64,000 nt of DNA from an uncultured delta proteobacterium (GTDB lineage: Bacteria; Myxococcota_A; Polyangia; Polyangiales; Polyangiaceae): positions 2,633,561 to 2,697,560 of the forward strand of contig CAWIUL010000011.1 in the NCBI GenBank assembly GCA_963839305.1, read 5' to 3'. Under the pieces are notes generated by a model, which saw only the letters and a list, made by a program, of their open reading frames with translations, made no database searches and was not told the DNA's origin. The position numbers were made by a program, and so were the translations under genes. Shown here one piece after another: positions 28,889 through 39,266 of the stretch; position 1 is the stretch's first letter; each line of letters opens with the position of its first letter.

Positions 28889-29698
28889 ATGACGGCAGTA
28901 CAAGACGCGCTGAATCGTTCGACGTGGTCGCAGCGCTCGTCGCGACGCTGGCTCGACTCGGTGCGCGACTTCACCGACCCTGGCGAGGAGGCGGCGCTCG
29001 CGGTCGTGCGCGAGCGCGCGCGCGGAAAGCCGATCCTCGACCTCGGCGTCGGCACGGGCCGAACGATACCGATGCTCGAGCCGCTCACGCACGATTACCG
29101 CGCGATCGACTATCTGGAGGGGATGGTCGACGCGTGCCGAGCGCGTCACCCGCGCGTCCGCGTCGAGCTCGGTGACGCTCGGGCGCTCGACGGCGTGCCT
29201 GACGCCCACTTCGGCCTCGTGAATTTCAGCTTCAACGGGATCGACGCGGTCGATCACGACGATCGCACGCGCGTGCTCGGCGAAATGCGGCGCGTCGTTC
29301 GCCGCGACGGATACGTCCTGTTCTCGACGTTGAACCTGGACGGCCCCGCGTTCCGCGAGCGGCCTTGGACGCCGCGCGCTGCGACCCAGTGCAGCCTGCC
29401 CCGCGCGGCCGCGCGCACCGCCATCGCGCTCGCGAGCGTGCCCTTCGACGTCGCGCGGTGGATGCGCATTCGTCCTGGCGCGCATCGCGGCGACGGTTGG
29501 GCGATCGCGCCGCTCAGCGCGCACCACTACGGCGTGCTCGCGCACTTCACGACACTGGAGCGCGCGCTCGAGGAGCTCGCGAGCGCGCGACTCGATCGGG
29601 ACGTCGTCGTCCTCGAGAACACGCGAGGGGCTCACGTGAAGCCTGGCGACGACACGAGCGACGCGGACTGGTTCCACTTCGTCGCGCGCCCGGCCTAG
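28889..29698 (+). CDS. Class I SAM-dependent methyltransferase.
   Basis: Motif I ILDLGVGTGR, plus post-I and motif II regions. Confidence 0.8.
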   Translation: MTAVQDALNRSTWSQRSSRRWLDSVRDFTDPGEEAALAVVRERARGKPILDLGVGTGRTIPMLEPLTHDYRAIDYLEGMVDACRARHPRVRVELGDARALDGVPDAHFGLVNFSFNGIDAVDHDDRTRVLGEMRRVVRRDGYVLFSTLNLDGPAFRERPWTPRAATQCSLPRAAARTAIALASVPFDVARWMRIRPGAHRGDGWAIAPLSAHHYGVLAHFTTLERALEELASARLDRDVVVLENTRGAHVKPGDDTSDADWFHFVARPA

Positions 29699-29701
29699 GT
29701 A

Positions 29702-30163
29702 CTAAGGCAGGTCGGTGACGAACGTCGCCGGGTTTCCCGCGACGAGCGTGTTCGGCGCGACGTCCGCCGCGACGACCGAGCCCGCGGAGACCACGCAGCC
29801 GCGACCGAGACGAACGCTGGGCAGGACGATCGCGCCGAGGCCGATCCATACGACGATCGCGTTGCCGATGATCGCAGGCGACATGCGCCGCGCGGACGGG
29901 CCGAGCGCGTGCGTGCCCGTGTGGAGCGTCACGCGAGGACCGATCGACGCGCCGCGGCCGATCGTGATGCGCTCGTCGAGCCCGAACGTGACGTCGGGGC
30001 CGATCGTGACGTCCGGGCCGATGCGGAGGTTCTTGATGGCGCCGCGAGGACCGATCAAATAGACGTCGCCGAGGACCGCGGCGCCGCGGCGAACGTCGCA
30101 ACCCGCGAAGCGGAGTAGCTGCGCGCGGACTCCGGGGAACGTGAAGTCCGGGAGCATGCGCAT
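29702..30163 (-). CDS. Hexapeptide-repeat (LbH) sugar O-acetyltransferase (maltose/galactoside acetyltransferase-like).
   Basis: Tandem [LIV]-G-x-x-x-x hexapeptides: IGPDVTIGPDVTFG...IGRGASIGPRVTL...IGNAIVVWIGLGAIVLPSVRLGRGCVV. Confidence 0.85.
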   Translation of the reverse strand: MRMLPDFTFPGVRAQLLRFAGCDVRRGAAVLGDVYLIGPRGAIKNLRIGPDVTIGPDVTFGLDERITIGRGASIGPRVTLHTGTHALGPSARRMSPAIIGNAIVVWIGLGAIVLPSVRLGRGCVVSAGSVVAADVAPNTLVAGNPATFVTDLP

Positions 30164-30326
30164 CGCGAGCTTCGCACCGAGTCGGGAGCGTCGACGACGA
30201 GCGTCGCCCCGCGCGCTTCGCGCATGACGCGCGCGAGCCTCCCGCGAGGCTGCTCGGACGCGTCCTCGGCGGTCGTGGACGCGGGCGATTCGAAGGTCGC
30301 AACGAGCGGCTTGGCGAGCGGGCTGG

Positions 30327-30974
30327 TCACGGTGGCGATTCTCCTCGAGCGAACGCGGCGAGTGAATCGAAAGTCCGCGGGCGCGCGAACAGGTCGTGCG
30401 GGAAGCTCACGCCGAGCTCCTTCTCGAGCGCGACGAGCACTCGAAGCGCGGCGAGCGAGTCGAAGCCGCGCGCTCTCCGCACGTCGCTCGCGTCGTCGAG
30501 CTCCGCGGCGGCCGCGACGATGCGGCAGACCACGTCGCGCACGCGCTCGCGGGTCGCGTCCTTCGCCGGCGCGCCGTTCGCCTTCTGGGCGTGGGGCATC
30601 TCGCCGGTGCCGGTCACCACCGCCCCATCAGCGATCCACGCGTTGTCGGCGATCGAGAGGTCGCCCGCGATCTCGTCGTCGACGATGCACCCGACGCCGA
30701 TGCGCGCGCCGCGACCGACGACGACGCGACCGCGCGCGCGGATCACGGCGCCGCTCTCGATGAGCGCGTCTTCGCCGATCTCGAGCTACGCGCCCGGGCG
30801 TACGACGATCGTGATCGGCGCGGGCGTCGACACGAGCACCGCGCGCGCCCCCACGACGAGCGCTCCCTCCACTGCGACGCTCGGCATCCCCAGCACCCGA
30901 ACGCCCGAGCCCACGCGAGCGCCGAGCGTGAAGCGCGCGCGCGCGGCGTCCAAGCGCCCGGCCACGGCACGCAC
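30327..30974 (-). pseudogene. Hexapeptide-repeat acyltransferase fused to a C-terminal acyl carrier protein, interrupted by an in-frame TAG at 30786-30788.
   Basis: ORFs 30786..31103 and 30327..30746 share a frame. Hexapeptide repeats continue across the TAG. The C-terminal 80 aa are a canonical ACP (GFDSLAALRVLVALEKELG). Probable GTG start at 30974. Confidence 0.6.
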
Positions 30975-30988
30975 GAGCTTGCGTCGGA

Positions 30989-32524
30989 TCAAGCGAGCCC
31001 CTCGACGGTCACGAGCGAGCGCGCCCCGGGCATTTCGCCGAGGTCCACGCGCCACGCCTCGCCGTCTCGCGCGAGCCGCGCGCGCGCGAAGAAATCGACG
31101 CACGGCTTGTTCTTCTTCGTCGGGATCGGCTCGACCGAGAGAGAGAGCGCGCGCTGAGCGCCTTCGCGCGCGACACCGCCGCCCAGAGGATCGTCTCCTC
31201 GACTCGGCGCCCCATCACGCGGCAGCTCAAGAGGTAATCCTCCAGCGTCGCGCGATCGCCCTCGCGCGAGACGCCGAAGAGGCCCGTCAACCCTGCGTCG
31301 CCGAAGCGGTCGGAGACGTGCGCCGCCCAGACCTCGTGGCCAGGAGCGGCGGCCCACGCGAGGAGCTCGCTCTCGCTCATGCGGCGCGTGCGGAGGTTCA
31401 TCTGGTTCGTCTTGTTGAGGAGCTGCGCGGCGCGCGCGACGTTGCCCTTCGCGACGCGCTCGAAGCGAACGACGAGACCGAGCGTCGCGAGCCAGTCGTC
31501 GATCGACGTCGACACGCTGCGTAGCGCGGTCCGCTGGCGCTCGGTCGCGTACATCGCGTTGCGCTCGAGGTCCTCCTTGCTCACGTGCGGCGTGTCGAAG
31601 CAGCGAAGCGACTCCAGCGCGCGGCCGTAGTGCGTCGGGTCGAGCGCCCACTCCGGCACGTAGACCTCGGGCAACGCCTCGCTGACGCGGCCGCGTTCGA
31701 CGGGGTTGTCGTCGATGAACACGACCGACTGAAGGCCGAGGTTCAGCTCCGTCGCGATCTCGACGATGTTACGCGCCTTGTCGCTCCAGTTGATGCGATA
31801 CGAGGCCAGCATCTCCGGCCGGATGATCATCTCCGGGCGCCCAGACGAACGCGAGATCGACTTTCGAATCGCGCGAGCCGAGCCCGATGAGCGTGGGGAT
31901 CACGTGGTCGAACGGCGCGACCTCGGCCTCGATGGAGAGGCCGTCGAAGTCGATGTCCGCGAGCTTGTGGGCGAGCTCGTCGATCGTGAAGTCGGCGGCG
32001 AGCACTGCGCGGACGCGCGTCATCGTGGGCGCGCCTCGCACGGTTTGTGCAGCGAAAGGGGCGTGTTTGGCCGGCGCGCGTTGCTCGGAGGGGACGGTGG
32101 ATCCGGGTGGCACTACTGCGCCCCGTGGCACGACGCAGCCCGCGACGATTCGCGCGCCCGCGCCGATGCGTACGCCCGCTTCGATCGTGATCGCCGAGGA
32201 GACGCCGTCCGCGCCGCGGTCGCATATCGTCACGTTGGGGCCAATGATCACGTCCTGGTGCACGCGCACCTCAGAGTCCGAGAAGATGGCGACGCCGGGC
32301 TCGATCGTGACGCGCTCACCGATCGTGATCGTTCCCGCGTTGGTGGTCGCGAGGCGAACCGGCGAGGCGCTCGAGTGGATCGTGACCTCGTCTCCGATCT
32401 CGATGCGGCCCTCGTTGCGAACGAGCGGGCGGCCCGAGACGCGAACGTCGCGTCCGACGCTGTCGCAATCGTCCAGGCGCAGCATCGCGGAGAGGCCACG
32501 AAGCATCATGAGCGGTGCGATCAT
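30989..32524 (-). pseudogene. LbH (hexapeptide) domain fused to an FkbH-like (HAD-IIIC) domain, with two apparent frameshifts.
   Basis: LbH repeats run from the ATG at 32524 (ITIGERVTIEPGVAIF...). The FkbH-like N-terminus (IDFDGLSIEAEV...SKVDLAFVWA) is in the frame of ORF 31769..32932. The central part (RINWSDKARNIVEIATELNLGLQSVVFIDDNPVERGRV) is in the frame of ORF 31009..31830. The C-terminus (VEPIPTKKNKPCVDFFARA) is in the frame of ORF 30989..31651. Shifts fall near 31835 and 31140. Confidence 0.55.
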
Positions 32525-32566
32525 CGAGCGTTCGACGTCAGAGCACGGAGCATGCCGTGTCCTGTG

Positions 32567-34356
32567 GTACTCTGCCGGGTCGCCCTGTGAGCACTGCGCA
32601 CGCGTTTTGGTTCGGGCCGAAAGGACGGCGTGCGTTCGGTTGGTTTCATCCACCGGTGGGGAAGGCGCGCGCTCTGGGCGTCGTCTTGTGTCCGCCGCTC
32701 GGTCACGAAATGTTGTGCACGCATCGCGCTTATCGTCACCTCGCCGAAGGTCTGGCCGAGCTCGGATTTCCGGTTCTGCGCTTCGATTACCACGGGACAG
32801 GCGATTCGCCAGGGGGCGATCGTGACGAGGATCGCGTCGGCGCGTGGCTCGGGACGATCGACGACGCGATCGAAACGCTGAGGCAGACGGGGATCGCGCG
32901 CGTGGCGCTCTTCGGCATGCGCGTCGGCGCAACCTTCGCCGCTGCGGCCGCCGCGCGACGCGGCGGGGTCGACGAGCTCGTGATGGTCGCGCCGTGCGTC
33001 TCTGGCGGCACGTTCCTCCGCGAGCTCCGCGCGTTGCACAAGCTCCGCGAGCGCGGCGAGGCGAGGCCGCCCTTCCACGGACAGCGCGAGGGCGACGAGG
33101 AGGCGATCGGCTTCGTATTCCGGCGCGAGACGATCGAGGCGCTCGCGAAGGTGGACTTTCGCACGCTCGCCACGAAGCCCGCGGCGCGCGCGATGATCGT
33201 GCCGCGCGACGACATGCCTGGCGGGGAGACGCGCATCGCGGACCGCCTCCGCACGCTCGGCGTCGACGTCGAGGTCGTTTCGGCGCCGGGCTACGCGACC
33301 GCGGCGAGCGACGATCCGTACGTCGCCGAGGTGCCCACGGAGATCTGGCGCGCCGTGACGGCCTGGCTCGAGCGCGCGAACCCGGAGAGAGACATCACTC
33401 ACGCGAGCCCGGAGGGCGACAAGGTCGAGCCGATCGACTCGCGCGTCGTCGAGTCCGCGATCCGCTTCGGCGAAAACGACCGGTTCTTCGGCGTCCTCAG
33501 CGAGCCCATCGGATCGCGCAGCGAACTCGCGGTCATCGTTCCAAACACGGGCGCGAACTCGCGCGTCGGGACGAACCGCTTCAACGTCGCGCTCGCGCGT
33601 CGCCTCGCTTCGCGCGGGCACGCGGTCCTTCGCATGGATCTCGGGGGAATCGGCGACAGCGCACCGCACGACGGCGCGCGAGAAAACGACCTGTTCGCGG
33701 ATCGGTCGATCGCCGACGTGCGCGCCGCGATCGACGCCACCGCCGCGCGCGGATACCGCCACTTCGTCACGATGGGTCTCTGCGCCGGCGCGTACATGTC
33801 CTTCCACACGGGCCTCACGGATCCGCGCGTCGCGGGGATGGTTCTGATGAACCCGCCCGCGTTCGAGTGGACGCCGGGGCGCAAGGTCGAGCGCATCGTG
33901 ACGCGGCCACACGGCAACGTGCGTTCGATGCGCTACTACCGAAATCGCGCGCTCCGGCTCGACACGTGGCGTCGGCTCGCGCGCGGCGAGGTCCAAGCCG
34001 GCGCGATCGGTCGCGTGCTCGCGGCGCGCGCGAGAGGTCGCGCCGCGACGGCGGTGAAGCGCGCGGCGATCATCCTCGGTCGTCCCGAGTGGGTGATGAG
34101 CGATCTCGCGCAGAAATTCACGGCCCTCGTGCTGCGCCGCACCCGCGTGCTCTTGTTGTTCAACGACGAGGAGGCGATGCTCGACGAGCTCGACAAACAC
34201 CTCGGCGGCCTCATGGTTTGGCTGACGAAGCGCGGCGTCGAGCTCGAGACCATCGACAACACCGATCACATCTTCGCGCCCGTGTGGTCGCAGGAACGCG
34301 CCTCGGACGTCCTCACGGACTTCATCGATCGGGTGGCGAGGGAGAAATCGCGATGA
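32567..34356 (+). CDS. Tandem alpha/beta-hydrolase fold protein (two hydrolase domains).
   Basis: Two repeats of an alpha/beta-hydrolase core, with nucleophile-elbow-like GMRVGAT and GLCAGAY. A GTG start at 32567 with GGAG upstream was chosen over the longer ORF, which overlaps the divergent gene. Confidence 0.6.
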
Positions 34357-34757
34357 TCGACTACAAGACCGGAAACGACCTCGATCTCGATCAAGTGATC
34401 GCGCTCTACCGCTCTTCCACGCTCGGCGAGCGGCGGCCGGTCGACGATCGCGAGCGCATGCGGGAGATGCTCGAGCGCGCGAACGTCGTCGTCAGCGCGT
34501 GGGACGAGACGCGCCTCGTCGGGATCGCGCGCAGCTTGAGCGATTTTGCGTGGTGCACATACCTCTCGGACCTCGCCGTCGACGCCGCGTACCAGCGCCA
34601 CGGCATCGGCAAAGAGCTCGTGCGGCGCACCCAGCAGATCGGCGGACGCGCGACGATCGTGCTCTTCGCGGCGCCCGCCGCCATCGACTACTACCCGCGC
34701 ATAGGCTTCACCGCCGGCAGCGGCTGGATGCTCCGTGAGCACGAACGCGTACGCTGA
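34353..34757 (+). CDS. GNAT family N-acetyltransferase.
   Basis: QRHGIGKELV motif A. ATGA overlap with the upstream hydrolase. 134 aa. Confidence 0.8.
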   Translation: MIDYKTGNDLDLDQVIALYRSSTLGERRPVDDRERMREMLERANVVVSAWDETRLVGIARSLSDFAWCTYLSDLAVDAAYQRHGIGKELVRRTQQIGGRATIVLFAAPAAIDYYPRIGFTAGSGWMLREHERVR

Positions 34758-34761
34758 GCCT

Positions 34762-35628
34762 TCAACGGAGCGCACGATCGAGGAACTCGATCACGACGCG
34801 TTCGTATTCCTCGGGCGCGGCCGCGGCGTATTCGCCGTGTTCGGCTCCGGGCACGATCCAGAATTGCTTCGGGTCCGGAGACGCGTCCACCACGCGCCGC
34901 ATGACGGCGGGGGGCGTGTCGTCGTCCTCGCTCCCGGCGATGAAGAGCTTCGGCCGCGAGCCGAGCTCAGCGGCGTGATCGATCGGCCGCACGCGCGAAA
35001 AGTCGATGCCCGAGCGCTTCATCGCGAGCACCGCGGGATAGCGAGAGAGCGCGCCGCGGCCACCGGCCTTGCGCGTCATCTCGTCGTCGATGTCGGGCCA
35101 GATCGCCTCGAGGATGACCGCCCGCACGCGCGGATCGGTCGCCGCTTCGAAGAAGACCGGCGTCGTGCCGACGGAGAAACCGAGCGTCACGACCTTCTCT
35201 GCGCGCGCCGCCGCGAAGGCGACGGCCGCCTCGACGTCGCGCTGCTCGTCGATCCCCCACGTCGCGCGATCGCCGTCGCTCTCGCCGTGCGCCCGCGAGT
35301 CGTAGAAGAGCGCTCCGTAGCGGTGCCGCACGAGCATCTCCGCGACGGCGAGGAAGTGCATTCGGTTCTGGCCGAGCCCGTGGGCCATCACGACGACGGC
35401 GCCGTTCTTGGGCGCGGCGAAGCTCCCGCGGAGCGTGAGGCCGTCGCTCGTCACAAACGTGACCTCTTCGGAGAATTTCTTCGCGCGCTCTCGGTCTGCC
35501 GCCTCGATGGGGCGGCGCGGGGGATGCACTTGAGCGAGGCCGTACCGGTAGTAGCGAATCTCCTCGATCGCGCTCACGATGGCGAGCACGGCGAGAACCG
35601 CCCCCACGATCTTCCACCGACGCGCCAT
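34762..35628 (-). CDS. Membrane-anchored alpha/beta hydrolase.
   Basis: N-terminal TM helix. GxSxG-like GFSVG. Asp/His candidates near the C-terminus (AEHGEY). Confidence 0.75.
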   Translation of the reverse strand: MARRWKIVGAVLAVLAIVSAIEEIRYYRYGLAQVHPPRRPIEAADRERAKKFSEEVTFVTSDGLTLRGSFAAPKNGAVVVMAHGLGQNRMHFLAVAEMLVRHRYGALFYDSRAHGESDGDRATWGIDEQRDVEAAVAFAAARAEKVVTLGFSVGTTPVFFEAATDPRVRAVILEAIWPDIDDEMTRKAGGRGALSRYPAVLAMKRSGIDFSRVRPIDHAAELGSRPKLFIAGSEDDDTPPAVMRRVVDASPDPKQFWIVPGAEHGEYAAAAPEEYERVVIEFLDRALR

Positions 35629-35645
35629 CACCTCTCCGCTACCAC

Positions 35646-37136
35646 ATGATCGACGAGCACAAGGCACGAAGACGGCACGAGACGCAGCTCGCCATGCGCA
35701 ACATGGCGATCGTGGGCACTTCGCTGGTCGCCACGTGGAGCGTCGCGCTGCTCGTGCGGCTCGTCCTCCCGCGCCGGCTCGGACCGGCGATCTTTGGGCA
35801 ATACAGCTTCGCTGAGGCGCTCGCCATCAACGGCTTCGCGTTCCTCGGGCTCGGCGTCGACATGTACATCCAGAAGGAAATCCCGCGCAGGCCGGAGCAC
35901 GCGTCGGACTTCTTCGGCGGGACGCAACTCATTCGCGTGGCCGGCAGCGTCGTCATACTCGCCGTGCTGGCGCTCACGGCGCGGCGCGCAGGCTACGGCG
36001 CGGAGGTCGTCGGCACCACGCTTGCTTTTGGCGTTGCACAGCTGTGCGTACTGCTCGCCAACACGTGCGCCACGCTGCTCTACGCGGCCCGGCGCGTCGG
36101 CAGGCTCTCGGCGCTGAACATCGCGACGAAGGTCGTCTGGGCGGCCGGCGTGAGCCTCGCGCTCGTGCGCCGCGCGAGCTTGTGGACCTACGCGGCGGTC
36201 GCGGTGCTGAGCGAGGCGATTCGGCTGGTCGTGCTCTATCGCCTCAGTCAGACCGTGGCGGACGTGCGCGTGCGCATCGAGCCGCGCCAGACGTTCACCG
36301 TCCTCAGGCGGAGCGCGCCGTTCTGGGTGAACCAGGTCGCGATCGTCCTCTACTCGAAGATCGACGTGGCGATCATGGGCATGCTCGTGACCGATCGCGA
36401 GCTTGGGTTCTACGGCGCCGCGACGAACATCTCGAGCGTCGCGATGCTGATGTCGCCGTTCGTGGGATGGGTGCTGACGCCGCAGCTCGCGCGCGTGGTG
36501 GACGATCGCGTGGAGTTCGTGTCGCTGCTCCGGCGCTCGTTCGAGTGGACGCTGGCGCTGGCCATCCCGATCGCGATGATCCTCGGGCTCGGCGCGGACG
36601 TGATCGTCCACGGGGTCTTCGGCGCGAAGTTCGACCCCGCGATCGGCGCGATGCGAATGCTGATGCCGATCTTCGTCGTCGTCTACGTCGCGATGCTCGG
36701 CGCGACGGCGATGATCCTGCTCGATCGATCGTGGACGGTGACGATCGTCACGCTGCTCTCGCTCGTCGCGAATGCATTGCTCAACCTGATCGTCGTGCGC
36801 CCGGCTTGGCACGCGCTCGGCGAGGGCGGCGCGGGCGTCGGCGCGGCCGCGATCTCGGTGAGCACGGAGGCGGTGGTCGCGGTGACGTACATCTGGTACC
36901 TGCGCCGCGAGATCCTCGACGCGCGAAACGTCACGTCGGCCTTGAAATCGCTGGCGGCGTGCGCCGTCGTCGTGGCGTTCCACGTGCTCAGCCCCGACCT
37001 GCGCGCTTGGCGCCTGCCGATCGATGTGGTGCTCTACAGCGCGCTCGTCGTCGGGACGCGAGCCGTGCGAGTCTCGGAGCTTGTCGCGCTCGTACGAACC
37101 ACGTTAACTCGGAGAGGAAGTCATGCGAATTCGTGA
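35646..37136 (+). CDS. wzx: Wzx-type oligosaccharide flippase (polysaccharide biosynthesis protein, MOP superfamily).
   Basis: About 14 TM helices in the Polysacc_synt family pattern. The start may be the internal ATG at 35694. Confidence 0.8.
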   Translation: MIDEHKARRRHETQLAMRNMAIVGTSLVATWSVALLVRLVLPRRLGPAIFGQYSFAEALAINGFAFLGLGVDMYIQKEIPRRPEHASDFFGGTQLIRVAGSVVILAVLALTARRAGYGAEVVGTTLAFGVAQLCVLLANTCATLLYAARRVGRLSALNIATKVVWAAGVSLALVRRASLWTYAAVAVLSEAIRLVVLYRLSQTVADVRVRIEPRQTFTVLRRSAPFWVNQVAIVLYSKIDVAIMGMLVTDRELGFYGAATNISSVAMLMSPFVGWVLTPQLARVVDDRVEFVSLLRRSFEWTLALAIPIAMILGLGADVIVHGVFGAKFDPAIGAMRMLMPIFVVVYVAMLGATAMILLDRSWTVTIVTLLSLVANALLNLIVVRPAWHALGEGGAGVGAAAISVSTEAVVAVTYIWYLRREILDARNVTSALKSLAACAVVVAFHVLSPDLRAWRLPIDVVLYSALVVGTRAVRVSELVALVRTTLTRRGSHANS

Positions 37137-37710
37137 GCTGATCCTCGTGTGTGCGCTCGGTGCGGGCGCATGCGGCCCCTCGGGGTCGTACGTCTGGGTG
37201 AAAGACCTTCCGCCAACCGGCGATTTCTCGACGGACTACCTCATCGCCACTGGCGACGTGATCAGTGTGCGTGTGATCAATCAAGATTCGATGAGCACAC
37301 GCGCGCGCGTCCGCAACGACGGCCGCGTGGCGCTCCCGCTCGTCGGTGACGTCGAGGTCCGCGGGAAGAAACCGGCGTCGGTGCGCCTCGAGCTCGAGGC
37401 GCGCCTCAAGGAGTACCTCGTTGCGCCGAGTGTCACCGTGAACGTCGAGGAGGTGGCACCCGTGACGGTGAGCGTTCTCGGCGAGGTCACGCACCCGGGC
37501 GTCGTGCAGATGGACGGCTCGGGCGGCGTCGCGCAGGCGCTCGCGTCCGCGGGCGGCCTCACCGACTACGCGTACCGCGATCGCATCTTCGTCGTACGCT
37601 CCGGTGGCAAGCCTTCGCGCGTGCGCTTCACGTTCGACGAGCTCGCGGGCGGCGATTCGGCTGCGTCGCGCTTCACGCTGCGACGCGGAGACGTCGTCGT
37701 CGTCGAGTGA
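37123..37710 (+). CDS. Short outer-membrane polysaccharide export (OPX/Wza-like) lipoprotein lacking the C-terminal OM-spanning helix.
   Basis: Lipobox LGAGAC. Poly_export (PES) motif PLVGDVEVRGK with SLBB-like regions. Only 195 aa. Confidence 0.8.
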   Translation: MRIRELILVCALGAGACGPSGSYVWVKDLPPTGDFSTDYLIATGDVISVRVINQDSMSTRARVRNDGRVALPLVGDVEVRGKKPASVRLELEARLKEYLVAPSVTVNVEEVAPVTVSVLGEVTHPGVVQMDGSGGVAQALASAGGLTDYAYRDRIFVVRSGGKPSRVRFTFDELAGGDSAASRFTLRRGDVVVVE

Positions 37711-37790
37711 GGCGGCTGATGAGCGCGCTCATGTTCGGCTGGTCTTGTCCTCAACCTGCGCGCGATGTGCGAGCCTCGGCTGCGGGGTGA

Positions 37791-39263
37791 TCAGCCGTGG
37801 GCAAGTTCATCGTCTTCAGCATCCTCGGCGCGACGGTCATCATTCCCCTCATTTATGCGCGCGAGGGGCGTCGTACCAAGCGAGGGCTTCGGAGGACCCT
37901 CGTCGCCTTCGGCGTGTACTGCGCGCTCTGGGTCCTCGCCACGCTCTTCATCGCTCCCCGCCTTTGAGGGCTTCGCCTCGGGCCACGCGCCGCTGAGGAC
38001 TGGCACGCGGATCGCGACGCCGATCGAGACCGCCATGAGCACGTCCGGCGAGAGCGTGACCCAGCCCATGTCGCCCCACATCTGCAGGATGAACGTCGTG
38101 ATCGTCGTCAGCCCCAAGATCGCCGCGACGCGCACCGTGCCCGACCGCGAGGCGCGCACGGATATCAAGAGGAAGAACGACGCGACGACGAAGAGCTGCC
38201 AGCACAGCCAGAAGCCAAGGATCCCGCTGAACGCGAGGAGCCCGAGCACGCTGTTGTGCGGGATGAACCGGTACTGCGGGAAGACCTCCTTGATGCTGAG
38301 CGCGACGGACTGCTCGTCGTACTCGTGGCCCCACCCCGTTCCGAGGAGCGGGTTCGTGCGCAGCGTCTGGACGAGGTTGTAGTTCTCGATGTCGCGCATC
38401 TCGCTCGACGTGTCCTGGTGCGTGCCGAACATCGTCGAGATCGAGCCGACGGGCTTGAACACCCCCTCGGTGCGGCCCCAGCCGACCGCGACGTAGAACG
38501 CGAAGAGCGGGACCGCGCCGATCATGAGCCAGTTCATGCGCCGCTTGAAGCGCGTCCGCGGGAGTACGTAGTAGAAGAGCGCGAGGCCGACCATCAGGCT
38601 CAGCCACGCGAGGCGCCGGTTGTTCCACTTGATCGCGAGCGCCAGCGGGACGCACGCGGCGATCATCCACAAGAACGAGGTGAGCCTACGACGCTCGATC
38701 GCGTTGGCGATCACGACGAGCATGCCCGTGACGAAGAGCGCGCTGTCGGCGTGCGTCGTCATCACCTGCAGCGGCGGGTCCAGCCCACGCGCGACGGTCA
38801 AGTAGAAGACGATGAGCACGAGCGCGCGATAGACCGCGGCGAAGAGCACCACCTTGCCGAGCGCCGCGATGTGCTTCGCCGTGCGGCACGTCGCCGCGAC
38901 GGCGAACGCGAGCGCGAGCGACATGACGAAGCTGTGGAGCTGCCACATCGTTTGCCGCACGTCGCCGCCCCGGATGACGCCCCAGATCCAGAAGCCCGCG
39001 ATCGAGAGCAGGGCGACCTTCGCCGACTTGACCACGGGCTTCGCGCGGTCCTTCGACGCGCCCTTCGCGCCAAGCGCGACGAAGAGCGTGATGAGGAGCG
39101 CGATGTCCCAGAGTGGGAATTTGATGCCCGGGAGCGGCTTGAAGATCGCCGTGCCGATCGTCGTGAGCGGCGTCTCCCACTTGCCCGAGAAGGTGTCGCC
39201 CTCGATCTCCGCCGTGAGGGCCAGCCAGGCGAGCAGGAGTGTGAAGCGTCGGGCCACGATCAA
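37791..39263 (-). CDS. wzy: Wzy-type polysaccharide polymerase / O-antigen ligase family membrane protein.
   Basis: About 11 TM helices with a large periplasmic loop, in the Wzy_C family pattern. Acidic C-terminal tail. Confidence 0.8.
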   Translation of the reverse strand: MIVARRFTLLLAWLALTAEIEGDTFSGKWETPLTTIGTAIFKPLPGIKFPLWDIALLITLFVALGAKGASKDRAKPVVKSAKVALLSIAGFWIWGVIRGGDVRQTMWQLHSFVMSLALAFAVAATCRTAKHIAALGKVVLFAAVYRALVLIVFYLTVARGLDPPLQVMTTHADSALFVTGMLVVIANAIERRRLTSFLWMIAACVPLALAIKWNNRRLAWLSLMVGLALFYYVLPRTRFKRRMNWLMIGAVPLFAFYVAVGWGRTEGVFKPVGSISTMFGTHQDTSSEMRDIENYNLVQTLRTNPLLGTGWGHEYDEQSVALSIKEVFPQYRFIPHNSVLGLLAFSGILGFWLCWQLFVVASFFLLISVRASRSGTVRVAAILGLTTITTFILQMWGDMGWVTLSPDVLMAVSIGVAIRVPVLSGAWPEAKPSKAGSDEERGEDPERAVHAEGDEGPPKPSLGTTPLARINEGNDDRRAEDAEDDELAHG

Positions 39264-39266
39264 TCC

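Noticed and set aside
30055-30330. 91-aa ORF in the gap between the acetyltransferase and the LbH-ACP gene.
   Set aside because: No start context, Ser/Arg-rich composition. More likely an intergenic/promoter region.
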